Of a stretch of DNA of 64,000 nucleotides, positions 26,960-41,890 are shown in pieces (within the stretch, counting starts at the first letter, position 1; every line of letters begins with the position of its first letter). Source of the stretch: Octopus vulgaris (taxonomy: Eukaryota). The notes below the pieces were generated by a model. It was given only the letters and a program-made list of their open reading frames with translations. It did no database searches and was not told the origin of the DNA. Location of the stretch: NCBI GenBank assembly GCA_951406725.2, contig OX597814.1, forward strand, positions 157,976,001-158,040,000, given 5' to 3'. Position numbers and translations under genes: made by a program.

Positions 26960-27600
26960 CGTACTACTTCCAGGCCATGTGAATATTGGAAAAGAGTTTC
27001 ATGTATCATGATGATTCGTGTGGGGTATCAAAGTACTGACATCGTGACTGTTGTTCCATGATCTGTGAACGCTGTAAATACCATAAGATGTGACATAAAC
27101 AGCTGCAACTGTGATATTGTGGCCAGCAGGAAGGGAGACAATAGGCATTCTGACTGGCTCTGCACTTCGAAATCCATCCAACGACTTATGAACAGGTCTT
27201 TACGCTTAGTTTAGACGGCTATACGAAGATACTGAAGACTGTGGTTAAGTCTGGTAGGGGAAGATTGCTCTCTGAAGGCTACGTGTATGGCATCATGATT
27301 CGTCCCCTTGCTATATGTCCGGAAATAGTAAGAAGTGGTTGGTGGACAATTTCTATGATATCCCCAGTCCCAATACCAGGCTTCCTAATCCCCAGTTGTA
27401 ATCCCATGAATTATAATGAGTGAGATGCTGTTGAGAATGACACATACTTTTCAGTTTGCACCATGAATACCGAGCATCTGGTGAAGATGTCGAAGGTGTT
27501 CGAAGATTTTCTCAAGCTCACATTGAAGGAATCATGCGCAAGTTTCCTGATCCGGCTTGAGATCGCAGTGGGAGCTGAGGGTGGTTATTTTGTGTAAATT
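26960..27600 (+). mobile_element. Decayed Tc1/mariner (maT-like) transposase
   Basis: Pieces EYWKRV..MMIRVG, YVWHHDSSPC, KWLVDNFYD, CNPMNY and RLEIAVGAEGGYF*. Homologous to the 56425-56765 remnant. Confidence 0.7.
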
Positions 27601-29222
27601 TATCTCCCAGCCATATGTAGTTGATATTGTTTGAATTGCAATAGAGTAGCAGTCAGCGGAGAAAAAAAACCTACGATTATTGACTGGGAGTAAAAGTGGA
27701 AGCTATAGGCATTGACAAAAATTCTGGAAACAGCATTCTCTGAACAGGCTCCATGTATCTATTCTCAACAGAAAAGAAAGCACTTCCTGTTTAGAGGGCC
27801 GCATCTAGGTAACATAAACTAAGCAAGAACCTTGCAAAGACTCAGTCAGTACATCAGATGAAACTACGCACTGGATTTGCTTGCATACGATCGATATTTT
27901 CATACAACAATGTTTCTTATACATATACTGATATATAGAAAAACCCGAATCGACCTCGTAACTGAAGTGAAGGTCTTCAGTGATCAGTAACGGAAGAAAG
28001 GTAAAAGCATGTGTTTTAAAGATTAAATTGCTTGTTTCACTCGGAGATTCTAGTTTCATTAGAACAATTTATCTCCAAACAATATAATTTTCTTTAAAAA
28101 TTCGAAGGTCTTATGGACACTTCGACAGTTAATGAATAAGTTTATTACATTGTTGTCTAATATCGACTTTTGACACGATGTTGATTCTTAACATTACATT
28201 GCTCACAATTAACACTCGCAAATTCTATGAGGGCTGTATACATTTACTGAGTAATCATGTTCATTGTATGAAACATTAAAAAAGTAAAGTAGATGCTATT
28301 ATGAAATGAAAGAAAAAAAATATTTCTTGATGATTAATATCATTTTTGCAGTTTGTATCAGTAAGTGCTTGAAAACAATTTAGAACATATTTCAATTTTC
28401 CGGCGGTGAGTGGTAAGTTGCAAAAGAATTAGCTATCAAAACGATCAATAAAGGTAGAGAAATTAATGACCATCCAAAAGAATGAATTTTGTTTGTTAGT
28501 TTCTAATAGTTTTATCATCATAAAAAAGAATTAAAATCGAAATATTATTATAATTTGAAGCGATTATCAGTTTTATAGATCTTCTTGATTTAAAAATGGA
28601 AGACGCCGCTTACAAAAAGAGAAAATGGCAGGTAGAAAAAAAGCATGACAAATAATAATGTTCTTTAAGAACAAATGTAATTTCTCAGCTTCTTGGTTTT
28701 TGTTTCGATCTCACTGCGCAGAACTTTGGGACAATAACTTTCAAAAAATCTATGCACCCAATGCCAGATATAGATTTGGTCGAGGAACTTTGTGTAAAAA
28801 ATTGTTCTGTGAATCAGTTTATTTTGGGACATGGTAGACTTTAACGTCAATAGTTAGCTGCTGTATATCTTTAGTTGCAAGCACTTTATTACTTTTCCTC
28901 TTACTAGACTAGCTCCAGTCATATATCTACTCAAGTTGAGGAAAATGAACAGACCAATATCAGTCACTCTGAGAATATATTCGAACTGTTTTTGAAATGT
29001 ATTATCTCCTATCATTAATAAGAGGTATGCTGGAGGTTTTCTTCAAACCAACTGCATAATAAAGTAAATTCGAAATTTGTTTTAAAAATAATATGGAAAT
29101 AACAATATAACTATACTGATAGATAATATTATAGATATACCCTTCAATATTTCAGACATTTATTTGTGTATGTATGTATGTGTGAGGGAGAGAGAGAGAA
29201 CAATAGAGAGGGAGTGAGAGAG

Positions 29223-29265
<43 letters not shown>

Positions 29266-30569
29266 TATGTGTGTCTCTGTATATGTATACTTGCATATGC
29301 TAATCATAACTAAGTAATTAGTTATCATTCAACTACGGTGGTTGTTGAATAATATTCTTAATGCCGCAATTTACTCAAATGCAGAATCTTTCAGAGCGTG
29401 TCGCTAATTCGGTTTTGAACCAAATTAAAAACTGTTAACATGTTTGAAGAGGACTGGTCTCTAGCTACATTCCTGCATAAAAAAAAATTGAGATTTGATC
29501 CAGTAGAAAAAAAGGTTTACATCAAAATCTGTAGCAACGTTATAGGAGAGTGAGTAACGCCTACTATCAAGTTTAGATCTAAATAACTTTTTTTAATGTT
29601 AAAAGCCAAAACTTTTTATCTTAGCTTCAATGATAAAAGAAAGCATGCAGAATTTAATAGTTTTGGTACCAGGTAACAAAAATTTGTATAAAAAAAGCTG
29701 AAGTAAAATATCATGAAAAAAAATATAAGTAGAGCAAAAAATTGGATTTAAGTATCATTAACTTTTTTTATTTTAAAAACAAACTATATTTTACTTAAGC
29801 TTACATGATAGAGCTCGATTCGAGAAATTTCATGGTATCAATCTCATGCAATGAAGTTTTACAGCAAACAAGTTATGAATGCTTGTTTCTCAAATTTGAA
29901 GGTGATAATAATGTTCGATACATTTTTATGAATATAGTTCTATAAGGGGACTTTTAATATATATCACCGGCGTCATTGAGGTAAGGAAAACTTATCAACA
30001 ATAACGCTAATTCATACGTTTGACGCATTACTAATTAGCATAATAGCATAACCTGGAAAAAACATAATTACATGGAAAAACGCGAGCAAGAGAAATAATA
30101 TTCTTAAGATTATAAACCTGGAAAATTATAGGAAAAATTATTACACTTGGAAAACTTCAGGACAACTTATTATATCAAGTAGAGAACAGAACAAGAAAAT
30201 GTTTACTTCAAATATTGCAACTAAGGGTAAAATTTGAATATTAAATATTATTTGATTTTAATTTACAAAATAACATTATAATTAAAAAAAGTACCATTAT
30301 TTTGTTAAAATATTGACACTAGAATATCTAAAAAATGATAGCCAGAAGTATCAATATAGCTAAAGTTTTATGCAAAGTAGAATAATATATATGGTAGGCA
30401 AATTCATTATGTAAAAAAATAGGCATTGGGTCAATACTAAAAATGTGAAGACTTGGCAATAACTTAGGCAATAACTCAAACAAATTTTACTGTGAATTTG
30501 TTGTTAGAGATAGATTTTACTGTAATATATAATTAATACAAAACCTATTCCAGAACAGAACAACTCTCT

Positions 30570-33500
30570 TTTGTCAGTTGCAACAGTTTCTTCTAAATTC
30601 AAAGAATTTCGTGAATCTACACAGAGGACTATAGATAAGCTAGTCACAGAAATTCGTCTCTTGCATATCAATAGAAATTCATCACCTCGTCGCTATCGTC
30701 GTTCTAATTCCCGTTCTCCCAGCAGATCAAAACCTTTTTTGCTGGTATCATTATAAGTTTGGTTCTACAGCTAAGAAATGTATTTCGCCTCGTACATTTA
30801 AAAACTCAGGAAAACTAAAAAAAAGCCGAACTCCGAGCGTAACCGCAGTACCTGGCACATTTTCTCCCAGTCACGCATTTTTTTATATTAGATTTCGAGT
30901 CTAAGAAGGAATTTCTAGTCAATTCCAGAGTGTCCTGCAGCATATGGCCCTCTAAATTTGTCAAAGAAAAACTTTTCGCTTCTGATATATATATATCTTC
31001 AGCAGACAACGACTCTCCTGTTAAAACTTTCGATGAGATTTTACTCGCACTGGACGAAGTTTCCAGTGGATTGTTTTTATCATTGCTGACCTTCCTCACC
31101 CAATTTTAGGAGCAGATTTTCTCCATCATTTTCACTATTAGTGGATGTCAAAAGAAAGAGATTTATCAATAGGAATACACAGTTATGGGGTTTAGGAAGA
31201 CATTTCTTCTTCTGTCAGAACAATATTGCTTATTGCAAATCAACCAGATAAATATCAAGACTTGCTTCAATCCTTTCCTGAATTAATAAATTTAACTTGT
31301 AAAGTCAATTCTTCAGCACATACAACTACTCATCATATAACCACCAATTGATCTCCCATTTTCTCGCGCCCTAGAGTTCAGCTACATGCTCCAGCTTGGA
31401 ATAATTCGTCCTTCAAAGAGTAACTGGTTTTCACCACTTCATCTCAACGTTATTACCATTCCAGATAAATATACAATACCTCATATTCAGGATGCTGCAT
31501 GTTCTCTGCATTGTTGCACTATTTTCTCAAAAATAGATTTGATACGTGCATACCATCAGATTCCTGTAAACCCAGATGATATTTCGAAAACGGTTATTGC
31601 AAATCCATTCGGGTCACTTGAATTTTTTACCATACCCTTTGGTTTAAGGAACGCCGCCAGTACTTTTCAACGTATTATTGACGAAGTAATACGTTGATTA
31701 GATTTCCTCTACACCTATATTGACGATATTTTCATCGCTGGTTCTTCTGAGAAAGAACATGAGATTCATTTGAAGCAACTTTTTGAAAGGTTTTTTCAAT
31801 AAAAAATTCGTATCAACGCTACCAAACGTATTTTCGGGGTGCCTTCCCTCACTTTCCTTGGACACACCATTGACAAGGAGGATGGAATTAGGCCTTTGTC
31901 AGAAAAGATTAAAGCTATCGTGAAAATTCCAGTTCCTGTTTCATTAAGACAGCTCAGACAATTTATTGAATTAGCTAATTATTATCGCCGTTTTATACCT
32001 CATTGTGCTGAAGCTTAATACCATCTCAACAAATTACTGCGACACCGTAAGAAGAAAACAGAAATGATTACTTTAACTCCTGCTGAAATACAAGATTTCG
32101 ACGATATTAAACATAAACCTTCGCTTGTGTCTCCATGTTAGCCCACCCCATTCCTGATGCCGAAATTTCTCTTGTAGCTGACACGTCCGAAATTGGCGTC
32201 GGCGCTGTCATTCAACAGCTCCTCTATGGCGAATAGCAGTCTGGCTTTCCTCTAAGTAGTTAAAACCAGCTGAAACTAAATATAGCGCATTCAGTCGTGA
32301 ACAGTTAGCTATTTACCTCTCAGTTAAATACTTCCAACGTATTTTGAAAATGAGAAACTTCACAATATTTAGGGACCATAAGCCGTTATCTTTCGCTTAA
32401 TAATTTTTCTCCGAGAGACATTCGACATATGGATTACATTCCACAATTCACAAGTGATATACGATATATTCCAGGTTCTGAGAACATTGTTGCAGATTCT
32501 TTATCCTGTTTACCTGTGAACGCGTTATTTTCAACTGCAGAAATTAACTAGGACGAAATGTCGGAAGATCAACAATCCGTTGATTTGAATAATATACAAC
32601 AACCAGAACTAATTCCTTTCGACCTCCAATTTTTTCCAGTTACGACATCAAATAAACAGATCCTTTGCGATTTTTCTTCTGGTAAACCTCGCCTTTTAGT
32701 TCCTGAAAAGCACCACCGTATCGTTTTCTCAGCACTACACAATATTTCACATCCAGGTATAAAAGCAACATTGAAGCGTATCACAGCTCGTTTCGTTTTG
32801 CCGAACATGCATCGGGACATAACTAATCGTACCTATATAGATAGTCAAAAATCCAAGGTACATAAACATATCCCTGCTCCGTTAGGTACTTCCTACACTC
32901 CAGATGCACGATACCAGCACATGCATGTTGATATCGTAGGACCTTGGCCTGCGAGTCAGGGTTACACGTTTTTAACTTGTATTGGTCGTTTTTCACGCTG
33001 GCCTGAAGTTATTCCACTCACAGACATATCTACTCAAATTGTGACATAAGCTTTAGTCACAGGATGGATTTCTCGTTTCGAAACACATGTAAAAATAACA
33101 ACAGATCGCGGACGTCAATTTGAAGCTAAACTTTTCCAGGAAGTAACCAAGATTTTAGGAAGTAAACACATCCATTCCACTAGTTACCACCCAACTGCGA
33201 ACTGTATCATCCAAAGATTTCACCGACAGCTTAAAGCTGTGTTGTGCGCTTCTGCTGATTCATCTCAATGGATTGGATTTCTTCCTATTGTTCTCTTGGA
33301 TCTCCGCTCTTCAATCAAAGAAGATATTATATATTTTCCTGTAGATTTATTTTATGGTTCTTCCTTGACGCTGCCTGGTCAGATAGTTCTTCTTGCAAAC
33401 ACGCAAGATATTGACACTACAAGTTTCGTTGAACGCTTGCGTGATTATATGTCAAAGTTACAACTTATGCACACCAGAAAACAAGACATTAAAACATATT

Positions 33501-33810
33501 TGACTAAGGGCTATTCTTCCTGGATTAATGTTTTTGTTCGTAACGATGTTGTTAAACATCCTTTAACAGCATTCAGGACCCTTTCGTGTGCTTTCTTGTA
33601 CAGATAGTTTTCACTTTAGACATTAACGATCGTAAAGATACCATTTCTGTTGATAGATTAAAACGGGCTCAAATTGAAAAACTATTTCCATCCCCACTAC
33701 AGACAACACACACACACACACAGCTTTACACACGCGTCCTTTACACACAACTTCACAAACTCGGACTACCAAAAGCTGTAGACATATGTATTGGCCCAAA
33801 AATGTAACAA
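30570..33810 (+). mobile_element. Ty3/Gypsy LTR retrotransposon internal remnant (gag end, RT, RNase H, integrase); LTRs not found
   Basis: GIIRPSKSNWFSPLH, FSKIDLIRAYHQIP, PFGLRNAASTFQR, YIDD, HNISHPGIKAT, HVDIVGP, RFSRWPEVIPL, TDRGRQF and DTISVDRLK. Many stops and frameshifts. Confidence 0.92.
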
Positions 33811-33821
33811 ACATTTCTTTC

Positions 33822-33887
<66 letters not shown>

Positions 33888-35238
33888 ATATATATATATA
33901 ATACTAATTTCCCAGTGATAAATCTTTTTCGTACCCACGATCAATAAACGTAGTGCAGTCCATAGGAGAAATGCCATCATCCCTCATCCCCATAGACATG
34001 CACACACACACACACACAAAGCAGTCACATTTGAGGCTTTATGCCTATGTAAGAAACAATAATCTCTTCATTGAATCATGTCGTACTGTATATATTATTT
34101 TAATTTAATTTCCTGTTATTTACGTTAGTAAACTATATACTGAAATCTCTTCAGCTGTGTGGCAAGAAAACTTCAGCAACAGTAAGGAAATACTTTCGCT
34201 TCTACCATGTTTTATGTTTTATACATATAAAATTCAACGAAGTGCTAAATATTTGCTAATGAATGGTAATGAGCTGAGCAATAAAGCAAGTAAATTATTT
34301 ATTTCGTCTGTTCACATATGAATTCAAAATTGAACAGACTGGATGTAGCCGTTTCTATTACTGGAGCTTTATAGAATGATTGTCACGAATATGTTAAACA
34401 ATTTAATCGACTCTGCAAGCATTGGCACTATAAGCATTGGCAATGAATTAGTTGAAAAGAAAATTAAAATTGAAGGGATACATTTAATTTAAAATATATT
34501 CATATTGTCAGAAATTTGCCTCTTACAAGTAATAAAGAACCCTAATTTGAACTAATACAGCTGTCGTTTTTAATACTGAAGAAGATATATATAGTCCAAG
34601 AGGTATTCTATAATACAAAACGTATTGATTAAACATAAATTAAAGTTCATAAGATATCTAACAATTTATAACAATACGATTTGTAACGGAATATTTCCTT
34701 TGTTTCAGCGTTATATTTGAATTTCTAGTTATATTACAAAGAACAAAATCAAAAATAAAGTATTATTTAAATAATTTTTAACGCATTGGAAATAAATAAT
34801 ATAATTTTTTTTTTTACAATATATGTACGAAATTAAATGCTTATATTCGAGATTTTCTTCAAAGCTTATATTCGAGATTTTATCCATTACTTGCTCAACA
34901 TAAAAGAAATTATCAAAGGGTAGACAGAATATATTAGAGGGAAATTAGAACAAGGCCGGTAATTTATTAACAAAATGACAGAATGACTTAAAATAAGAAT
35001 GTTATTAAACAGTTTATGATATTAGATATATACGATGTATATATGTGCAAGTGGAAGTGAGAGGGAGAAGGAGACAGATGGGGATAGAGAGACAGAGGGG
35101 AGAGTGCGTTTGTGTGTGTGTGCGCGTATGTGTATGTATGTTTGTGTATGTTTGTGTATATGTGTGTGTGTGTGTGAGTATGTGTTTGTGTGAGTGTGTG
35201 TCTGTGTGAGTGCTTGTGTAAGATGGAATGTCACTCAG

Positions 35239-35414
35239 TTGATGCTATGTTTTTAGATATTTCATTACTTCTGAATTTTTAATGTGGATAAGTTGACCTC
35301 GGTCCTTACTGCAAATGTCTGCAGCTTCATTCCATGAAAATGTCATTGGATCTATTCGAAAACTTAATCTAAATTCTGGATGGTTAGTGCAGCCAGCTGA
35401 CGTAGGACCTTCAG
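35239..35414 (-). pseudogene. Pseudogenised paralog of C-type lectin exon 57854-58027
   Basis: EGPTSAGCTNHPEFRLSFRIDPMTFSWNEAADICSKDRGQLIHIKNSEVMKYLKT*. Acceptor ctaaAG is ctaaAA, donor GTGAGT is CTGAGT, two Cys are lost, and there is an in-frame TAG. Flanking intron is homologous (about 34975-35030 vs 57600-57645). Confidence 0.85.
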
Positions 35415-35795
35415 TTTTAGGAAGACAGGTAAAATACTTCATGCGTTAGATCATTATATCAATATAATCAATCCTAATATATGTTCATATTTCTGCTCTG
35501 CTGCCTCCATTAAAAAAAATGATTTAGAAGCTTACTGAAAACTTATATTTGAGTGTGTATGAGTCTTGTGTACCTGCAAGCACGCACACGTTGTTAACAC
35601 TCTCTTTCTTTATGCCCTCTCTTCTCTCTTCCTTCCTTGCACTCCTCTCTCTATATATATATATGTATATATGTATATATATATTTCTTTCTTCCTTATT
35701 CAGCTTGTCTCCCTCTATTTCTTTCGCTCTCTCCGCACCTCCCTCCAACCCTCTCTTCTCTATTTTCTTCACTCCTTTTCTCTGTGTCCCCGTAC

Positions 35796-35829
<34 letters not shown>

Positions 35830-36989
35830 GCCGTTCTTTCTCTCCGTCTCTCTCTCTCTCTCTCACGCTCTAGCATTCTTCATATCTTGTAATGTGATCC
35901 AAATAATTAATAGATGCAGCTCAGAATTCGTGCCTTCTTATTGTTGCTACAAATTAGAAAAAAAATGTGTTGCTAAATAAAAAAAAAATTAATTCAAAGA
36001 AAACAAATTATAAGAGACATTAAAAATGAAAAATGAAAAGTATTCAGAAGACTGTGGGACAACATTTGGATAATCAATCAACTGAAATATTAAATATTAA
36101 AATCATAACTATTCTCGATTTCCACAAATTTCTAGATACAATAGCAGAAATCTAGTAAAGGCATGAGTGAAAGTTTGTGATGAAAATGGAAAGTAGAACG
36201 AAACTATGAGAGATGACTATGCATGAAGGTTAAAGAGACAAACAACAAAAATATTATAATAAATTACCAAATTAAGTAGTTATGTAGGAATACTATGCTA
36301 TCAACATTGATTAGAATAGAATTATAATGGAGTGCAGTCATGGTTGTGTAAAGAAGTCAACTTAGTAACCACGTTCTTCCAGGTTTAATCTGACTGTATG
36401 ATGAACTAAAGTGTGTTTCCTACCATAGCATAGGGCTAAACAAAAAGATTATGTGAGAAGTTATTAATCATAAAATTTGCGGAAACACACTGGTGTGAAA
36501 TTTCTCTCTTGCCTTTCGATCTTTCTCAAGGATCAATCAAAACGCCCTGAAATCACACACTCATGTTAGGCAAGGAACTCATTAAATAATATGTTTATTA
36601 GAGAACTGTAACCTAGACGGGATAATTACGGCGGCAATGTCTCGATCAAAGTGAATCTCATCCCCAACAGCAACAACAACGTCATATAATTTTAGGAGCA
36701 ACGTAAAACGTTCTGAAAGTAATATATGGAAAGAAATGTCAAAGACATAGTTATATTACTGTGCAGCTGCGATCATGGGAGCTCTAAAAATAAGGAAAAC
36801 TTAAAGGATAAAAGAAAAGCAATACGCTACTATTCCTCAAATCAACAATTACAAAATGCTTACCTATGTATAGGCCTTCAGAGCTTTGATTACTGATGCT
36901 ATTATTAGTTGTTTTACAAGGAGACATGGAAGGTATCTCATACAATGGTCCTCAAACTTATTTTGCCGTGGAAGCTGTATACGATATTT

Positions 36990-38185
36990 TCAAAAAATCG
37001 TATGCATCATACCTGTATTCTACGGAAACATTTGTTACCACTCTTCAGTTATTAAAACATAGAATGAAGCAAAAATTATTTTGGAGCAGTATCTCATTCC
37101 AATACAAAATTTGTAATAACATGCTATTTGAACAATTATGAATAGCAATTCTTACATACTTCTATTAAATTTTATTTAAAGACACATTATTTTGTACAAC
37201 CCTAGAATCTTTTCGAATTGGCATAATGTGAGAGACCACGATTAAACCCAAGGTTAGTGAGACGCCTTCTGGAACAAATAATTTTTGTGATATTTGATGA
37301 TACTGTGTAATATTTTTATATCACCAGAGGACATATCTTATCTATCCATACATGTGATCTGATATGATAAAACTATCGAAACACACGTGTATATTAAATA
37401 TACAACTAAATATACAACGAAAGCTCTATCCTCTACAAAACACACTTGCACAATAAGAACCAAAAGGTAGCGCCTATGTGGTTGCAAGATATCTTAGAAT
37501 TAACAGCCAAATGGCCTTCAAATAAACGTCTTACTGCTTTAGATAAAATCAAAAAGACTGGATTACTTATAAGACCAATATTCATTAGTTTAAACTAAGA
37601 TGATTACAGCTTAAACGACTTTTGGAGTAGTTATTCTTCAACAATATATGCAATATGATCCAATGTGAGGATCAAATTTCTCTCAAACAACGGATATCGT
37701 CTTCACTAAGGGCACTTTATACTACGGAATCAGCTCGAACACCTTTGAATATAGGTTTACTAGAACAGGGTGTAACAATGGCTAAAACATAGTAGCAATA
37801 TATGGAATACATACTCTTGAAAAGAATACTACTCAATATCTTGTAGCATGGTATAAACATTGTTTGCAGGAATGTCAATGAATGATGAAGCAACAGATAA
37901 TAGCTTGATTTTACGAACGATACATACATCGTTGGAAACATTGCATATAATCATAGCATATTCAGAATATGTCACACAAAGAGAAAAGAACTCTATTTCT
38001 GATCGGATATTTTACATCTGGATTAATCTGTCAGATTCTGGAATAACGGTAACAGGATGTGGTACACGAGTCCCATAATATTCTCTACAAACTACATTAC
38101 TGTCCAAGCCTATTTGGAATAAAAACACTGGGAAAGTAATTACGTGAAGATTTGCTTTTCGAATGATGTGATTGACTGAGACGGA
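36990..38185 (+). pseudogene. Probable highly decayed C-type lectin domain sequence (two domains)
   Basis: Frame-broken motifs FYGNICYHSSVIKT*NEAK, SFRIGI and YCVIF...M*SD...TC, then TQREKNSISDRIFYIWINLSDSG...GNRMW...HYC...HWESNY. Confidence 0.4.
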
Positions 38186-38186
38186 A

Positions 38187-40984
38187 TACCGTATATACTC
38201 GTGAGAAAGTCGAATATTTTAAACAATCTTTTAAGGTCAAGTTTATGGGGTCGTCTATTACATGATCACTACTTTTGAGGGGCTGGAATTCAAGCTAGAA
38301 TCCCAAGTACTGTATCAGAAGCAGAATCCCACCTGATCTCTAAGCGAATAAAAACAAAATGAATTACAGTAATATTAATTTTATGCATCAAACAGACTAG
38401 CAAACTAGCAGAGTGAAATCAATTTATATCTCATAATTATGTCATATTATCACCGGTGCTGGGCATGTCACTACCAACCGTAATACGGTGCATACAGCTG
38501 TTATCTGCTCGACGTGTTTCACTTCATACCTCTTCATTATATTATACTATTTTCATATTCATGGTTAAAGTCACACACATCACAAGTACAGTATATCAGT
38601 GGTGCATTTTATTTCTAATTAACTAAATGCAATTTAATGAATTAAATACCAGAACTGATAAAAGAAGTAGAAGCACAATATCACTTTCCACCAGCGAGTT
38701 TCCACCGAAAACGTTTTCTTTTTCGTGGCTAGATTAGAGACTACACTACCAATTTCTTTGTTGCATTTTTATTTTGCATAAATTAAGTGGAGTTTAGGGC
38801 CCAAAATATAAAACAATAATTAATAATATATAATAACCAATAAATTATCAAATTCTTATTTATGCAAGCAAAAAGTGAAGTAGAAGTTTACGGTAATACA
38901 GCTTTAAATTACAATTTCGGTACATTTTACGCACAAAAGTTTATTAAAATCCTAAAAAATCACACTGTTTATCATCTTCAGCACTGAATAAAGCTTCCTA
39001 ATCATGAGGATGAATGGCATCAACGTAAGGATTCTCTTCATCATTATCTTCGCTGTCCATATTTAGAGGTAGCGCATCATCCACTTCGTTATCCTTGTCA
39101 TCCCATAGACAATCGTCTTCTGTACCATCCAATGCATTCCACCAGGTCGTAAATTCCAAACATCTTTAATCCATTTTCTACAACGACCCTCATCTTCTAT
39201 CCATCCTTGTGGATGCACATGGATGATAATTCTTTTTGGAAATATCTCCTTCGGCACAGTTTTTCTCTTAAAAACAACCATCGGTTTTAATTTATTACCA
39301 TCAGCCATACATGAAAGAACTAAAGTAACCTTTTCTCGCGGCCAGTGGTTATCATGAATACTGCTTTTTCTCCTTCTGGATTCGCAGTTCGATTCTCTGG
39401 CATGTCAAGAGTAACAGGCGTTTCGTCCATGTTCCCAATACATGATACTGCATACACTCTTTCAGATGGTTTCTGATTGCAAACCTATGAAACGCTATTA
39501 TCTTATCATTTAGATCAGCACGCAGCTTTTGTGCGATCTTAGTTCTCAGCTGATATACTATGCCATAACATCTCATGAACCTAGTACATCATCGAACATT
39601 CGCTTCAAAATTTGAAATTCCATCCTATTTTTATTCCTTTCGAGCTTGAATTCAGGTGGCTTCACGAGCAACACACTTTCACGATTTTCAAGTCCCTAAA
39701 CTGCACGGCAAATTGAATTCTGCGTTAAAGCAGAAAGGAGTACCGGTACAAATTATATTATGCCATGAAACAAGAGCTGTAATTAAAAAATAGATCAATG
39801 TGAAACTTACAGTATTAATATAACGTTAATACATTTCGGCCTAGGGGCTATCGCATTCATGCTCACGATCAGTTGCTATTTCGCGGAATACGTTCGCCAT
39901 TCGATTTTTATATGACAAACAGGGTGTCGTGTTATGTGTATATATTGTCCCCCACAGAAATGGAAAAAAAAACAGCTACAGGATGTCATGTGCAATTACC
40001 AGTAAATGTCCATAATATGTTGTAGAGTTGTTAATCTGGAGTAGAAATACCCAAAGTGTGTTCTGCAAAACCCCAGAGTTCCTTTAAAGTTTTTAGGGTT
40101 ACCGAAACCATATCACAGTACGAATTCATGTAGTGGTGGTTGCTGTTGTTCACCGATAGTCTGGGAAACACGTTTTTCACCATGTAAACAGACGAGCGTA
40201 TGATGCATATGTTAAATGTATTTGGAGATGAGGAAAATATAAAGGTCGCATGAGAACCACTGATCTAGCGATTAATTGAATACTTTTATGCTTACGAAAG
40301 ACATGCCTTTGCACGATTTCTGATAGAGGCGTTTGCTAGTGTTCGCCAATAGTGCTGTCTGTGAAACACGTTTCTCACCATGTAAACAACGAGTGTATGA
40401 CGCATGTGTTTATTGGCCTTGCAGATGTATGCAGGCTTGCAGCATATCCTGTGCATACATTTTAGTAATGGTGGTGTAGCACCCATCAGCAGATATGTAG
40501 TGCTCGCCATTAAATGGTGTTTTATTATAGGCACCAAGCATTCCATTATAAGCACCAAGATTCCCACGTATACAGCAGGCTACAGTAAGGTAGCCACACA
40601 ATTGTGTAACAGTGTTGTTTCTACTTGCAGGACTGTTATGTCACAATACTATGTCACAGTGGCTGTGTGGTCTACGAAATCCTCGTCGCCACTGTTATGT
40701 CGCACGTTCGGATGCCTCTACTCAACTCTGCTCTACTCTGGTACTCCCCTTGATGTCTAGACTTCTCTCTCTATATCTACGTATTGGGCTAGCCTAGTTC
40801 ATCGTCTGGGGGCGTCCACACAACAAGGACAAAACGGTACCTTAACCGACAAATGTTGTCCTGTTCTTCGTGAAATTCTAGTGTCGACTTTTATACAGGG
40901 ATCTATGGAAAATTCCCAAGTCTTGTGCCAAAATAAGGGGTCGCATTTTACATGAAATCGACTATTACACGAGTACATACGTTA
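38187..40984 (-). mobile_element. pogo/Tigger-like DNA transposon, both TIRs present, decayed transposase
   Basis: TIRs TAccgtatatactcgtgagaaagtcga and tcgactattacacgagtacatacgtTA. Minus-strand SCMADGNKLKPMVVFKRKTVPKEIFPKRIIIHVHPQGW (DDE_1-type). Confidence 0.85.
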
Positions 40985-41780
40985 CATATTTTTTTTTATC
41001 ATATTGTAATAAATAGCAAAACAAAAGTTTACGTGCGCTAAGTAATTATCACATCTCATACATAAAAAGTTCTCTTGTTACATTTATTTCTTATTGAATA
41101 AACGTTATATTTTGCTCTTAACCTTTTTCTTTAAGTCAAAGTGAAAATGCTTCCGCAAACAAATTGAATTGCGTGATACATAGTGATTAACTTCTTCTGA
41201 ATACCGTGAAATGTTCTAATTGAATGTGAGCGTGTATTTGTGTGTGTGCGTGCATGTGTAGTGCGTGTGTGTAAGTGTGTGATTTGTGTATGTATGTGTG
41301 TGTGTGAGTATGTATCTGCGCGCGTGTATAAATATACGAACACATACGCATAAACAAACACAAACAAGTTTATACCTGTAGTGTGGAGGAGTGATCCATT
41401 CAGGTAAATTTTCTTTTGTTCTTCAAACACAAATACTTACAAAAGTATCTACTATATTGTTAGGGGTACATATGTGTGTGCGTGTGTGTGTGAGTGTGTG
41501 TGTGTGTGCGTGAGTGTGTGTGGATACACTTATATAGATTATGTGTGTATATATACATATGAAAATACATGCATACGTACATACACACGCACCCATATGC
41601 ATACATATTTGCCGAAAGATCATGAAGCAAATATAATTGCTTGTAATTATTGTATATATTGTATATGTGTCTTTGTTGTGTATGTGGTATAATAATTATG
41701 TCGAACGTATCAAATGATATATTGGAGTTGCTTTAAATATTTGATATATGACTCTTTCTCATTCTTCTCAGTTACATCCC

Positions 41781-41864
<84 letters not shown>

Positions 41865-41890
41865 CATATATATATATATATATATATATA

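Noticed and set aside
28665-28850. Minus-strand ORF ending RNYICS as a missing lectin terminal exon
   Set aside because: No WND or W..G.P motif, no clear splice acceptor and no nucleotide similarity to 55215-55453.
29900-34100. LTR pair for the Gypsy element
   Set aside because: No direct repeat with TG...CA ends, primer-binding site or polypurine tract could be identified by eye.
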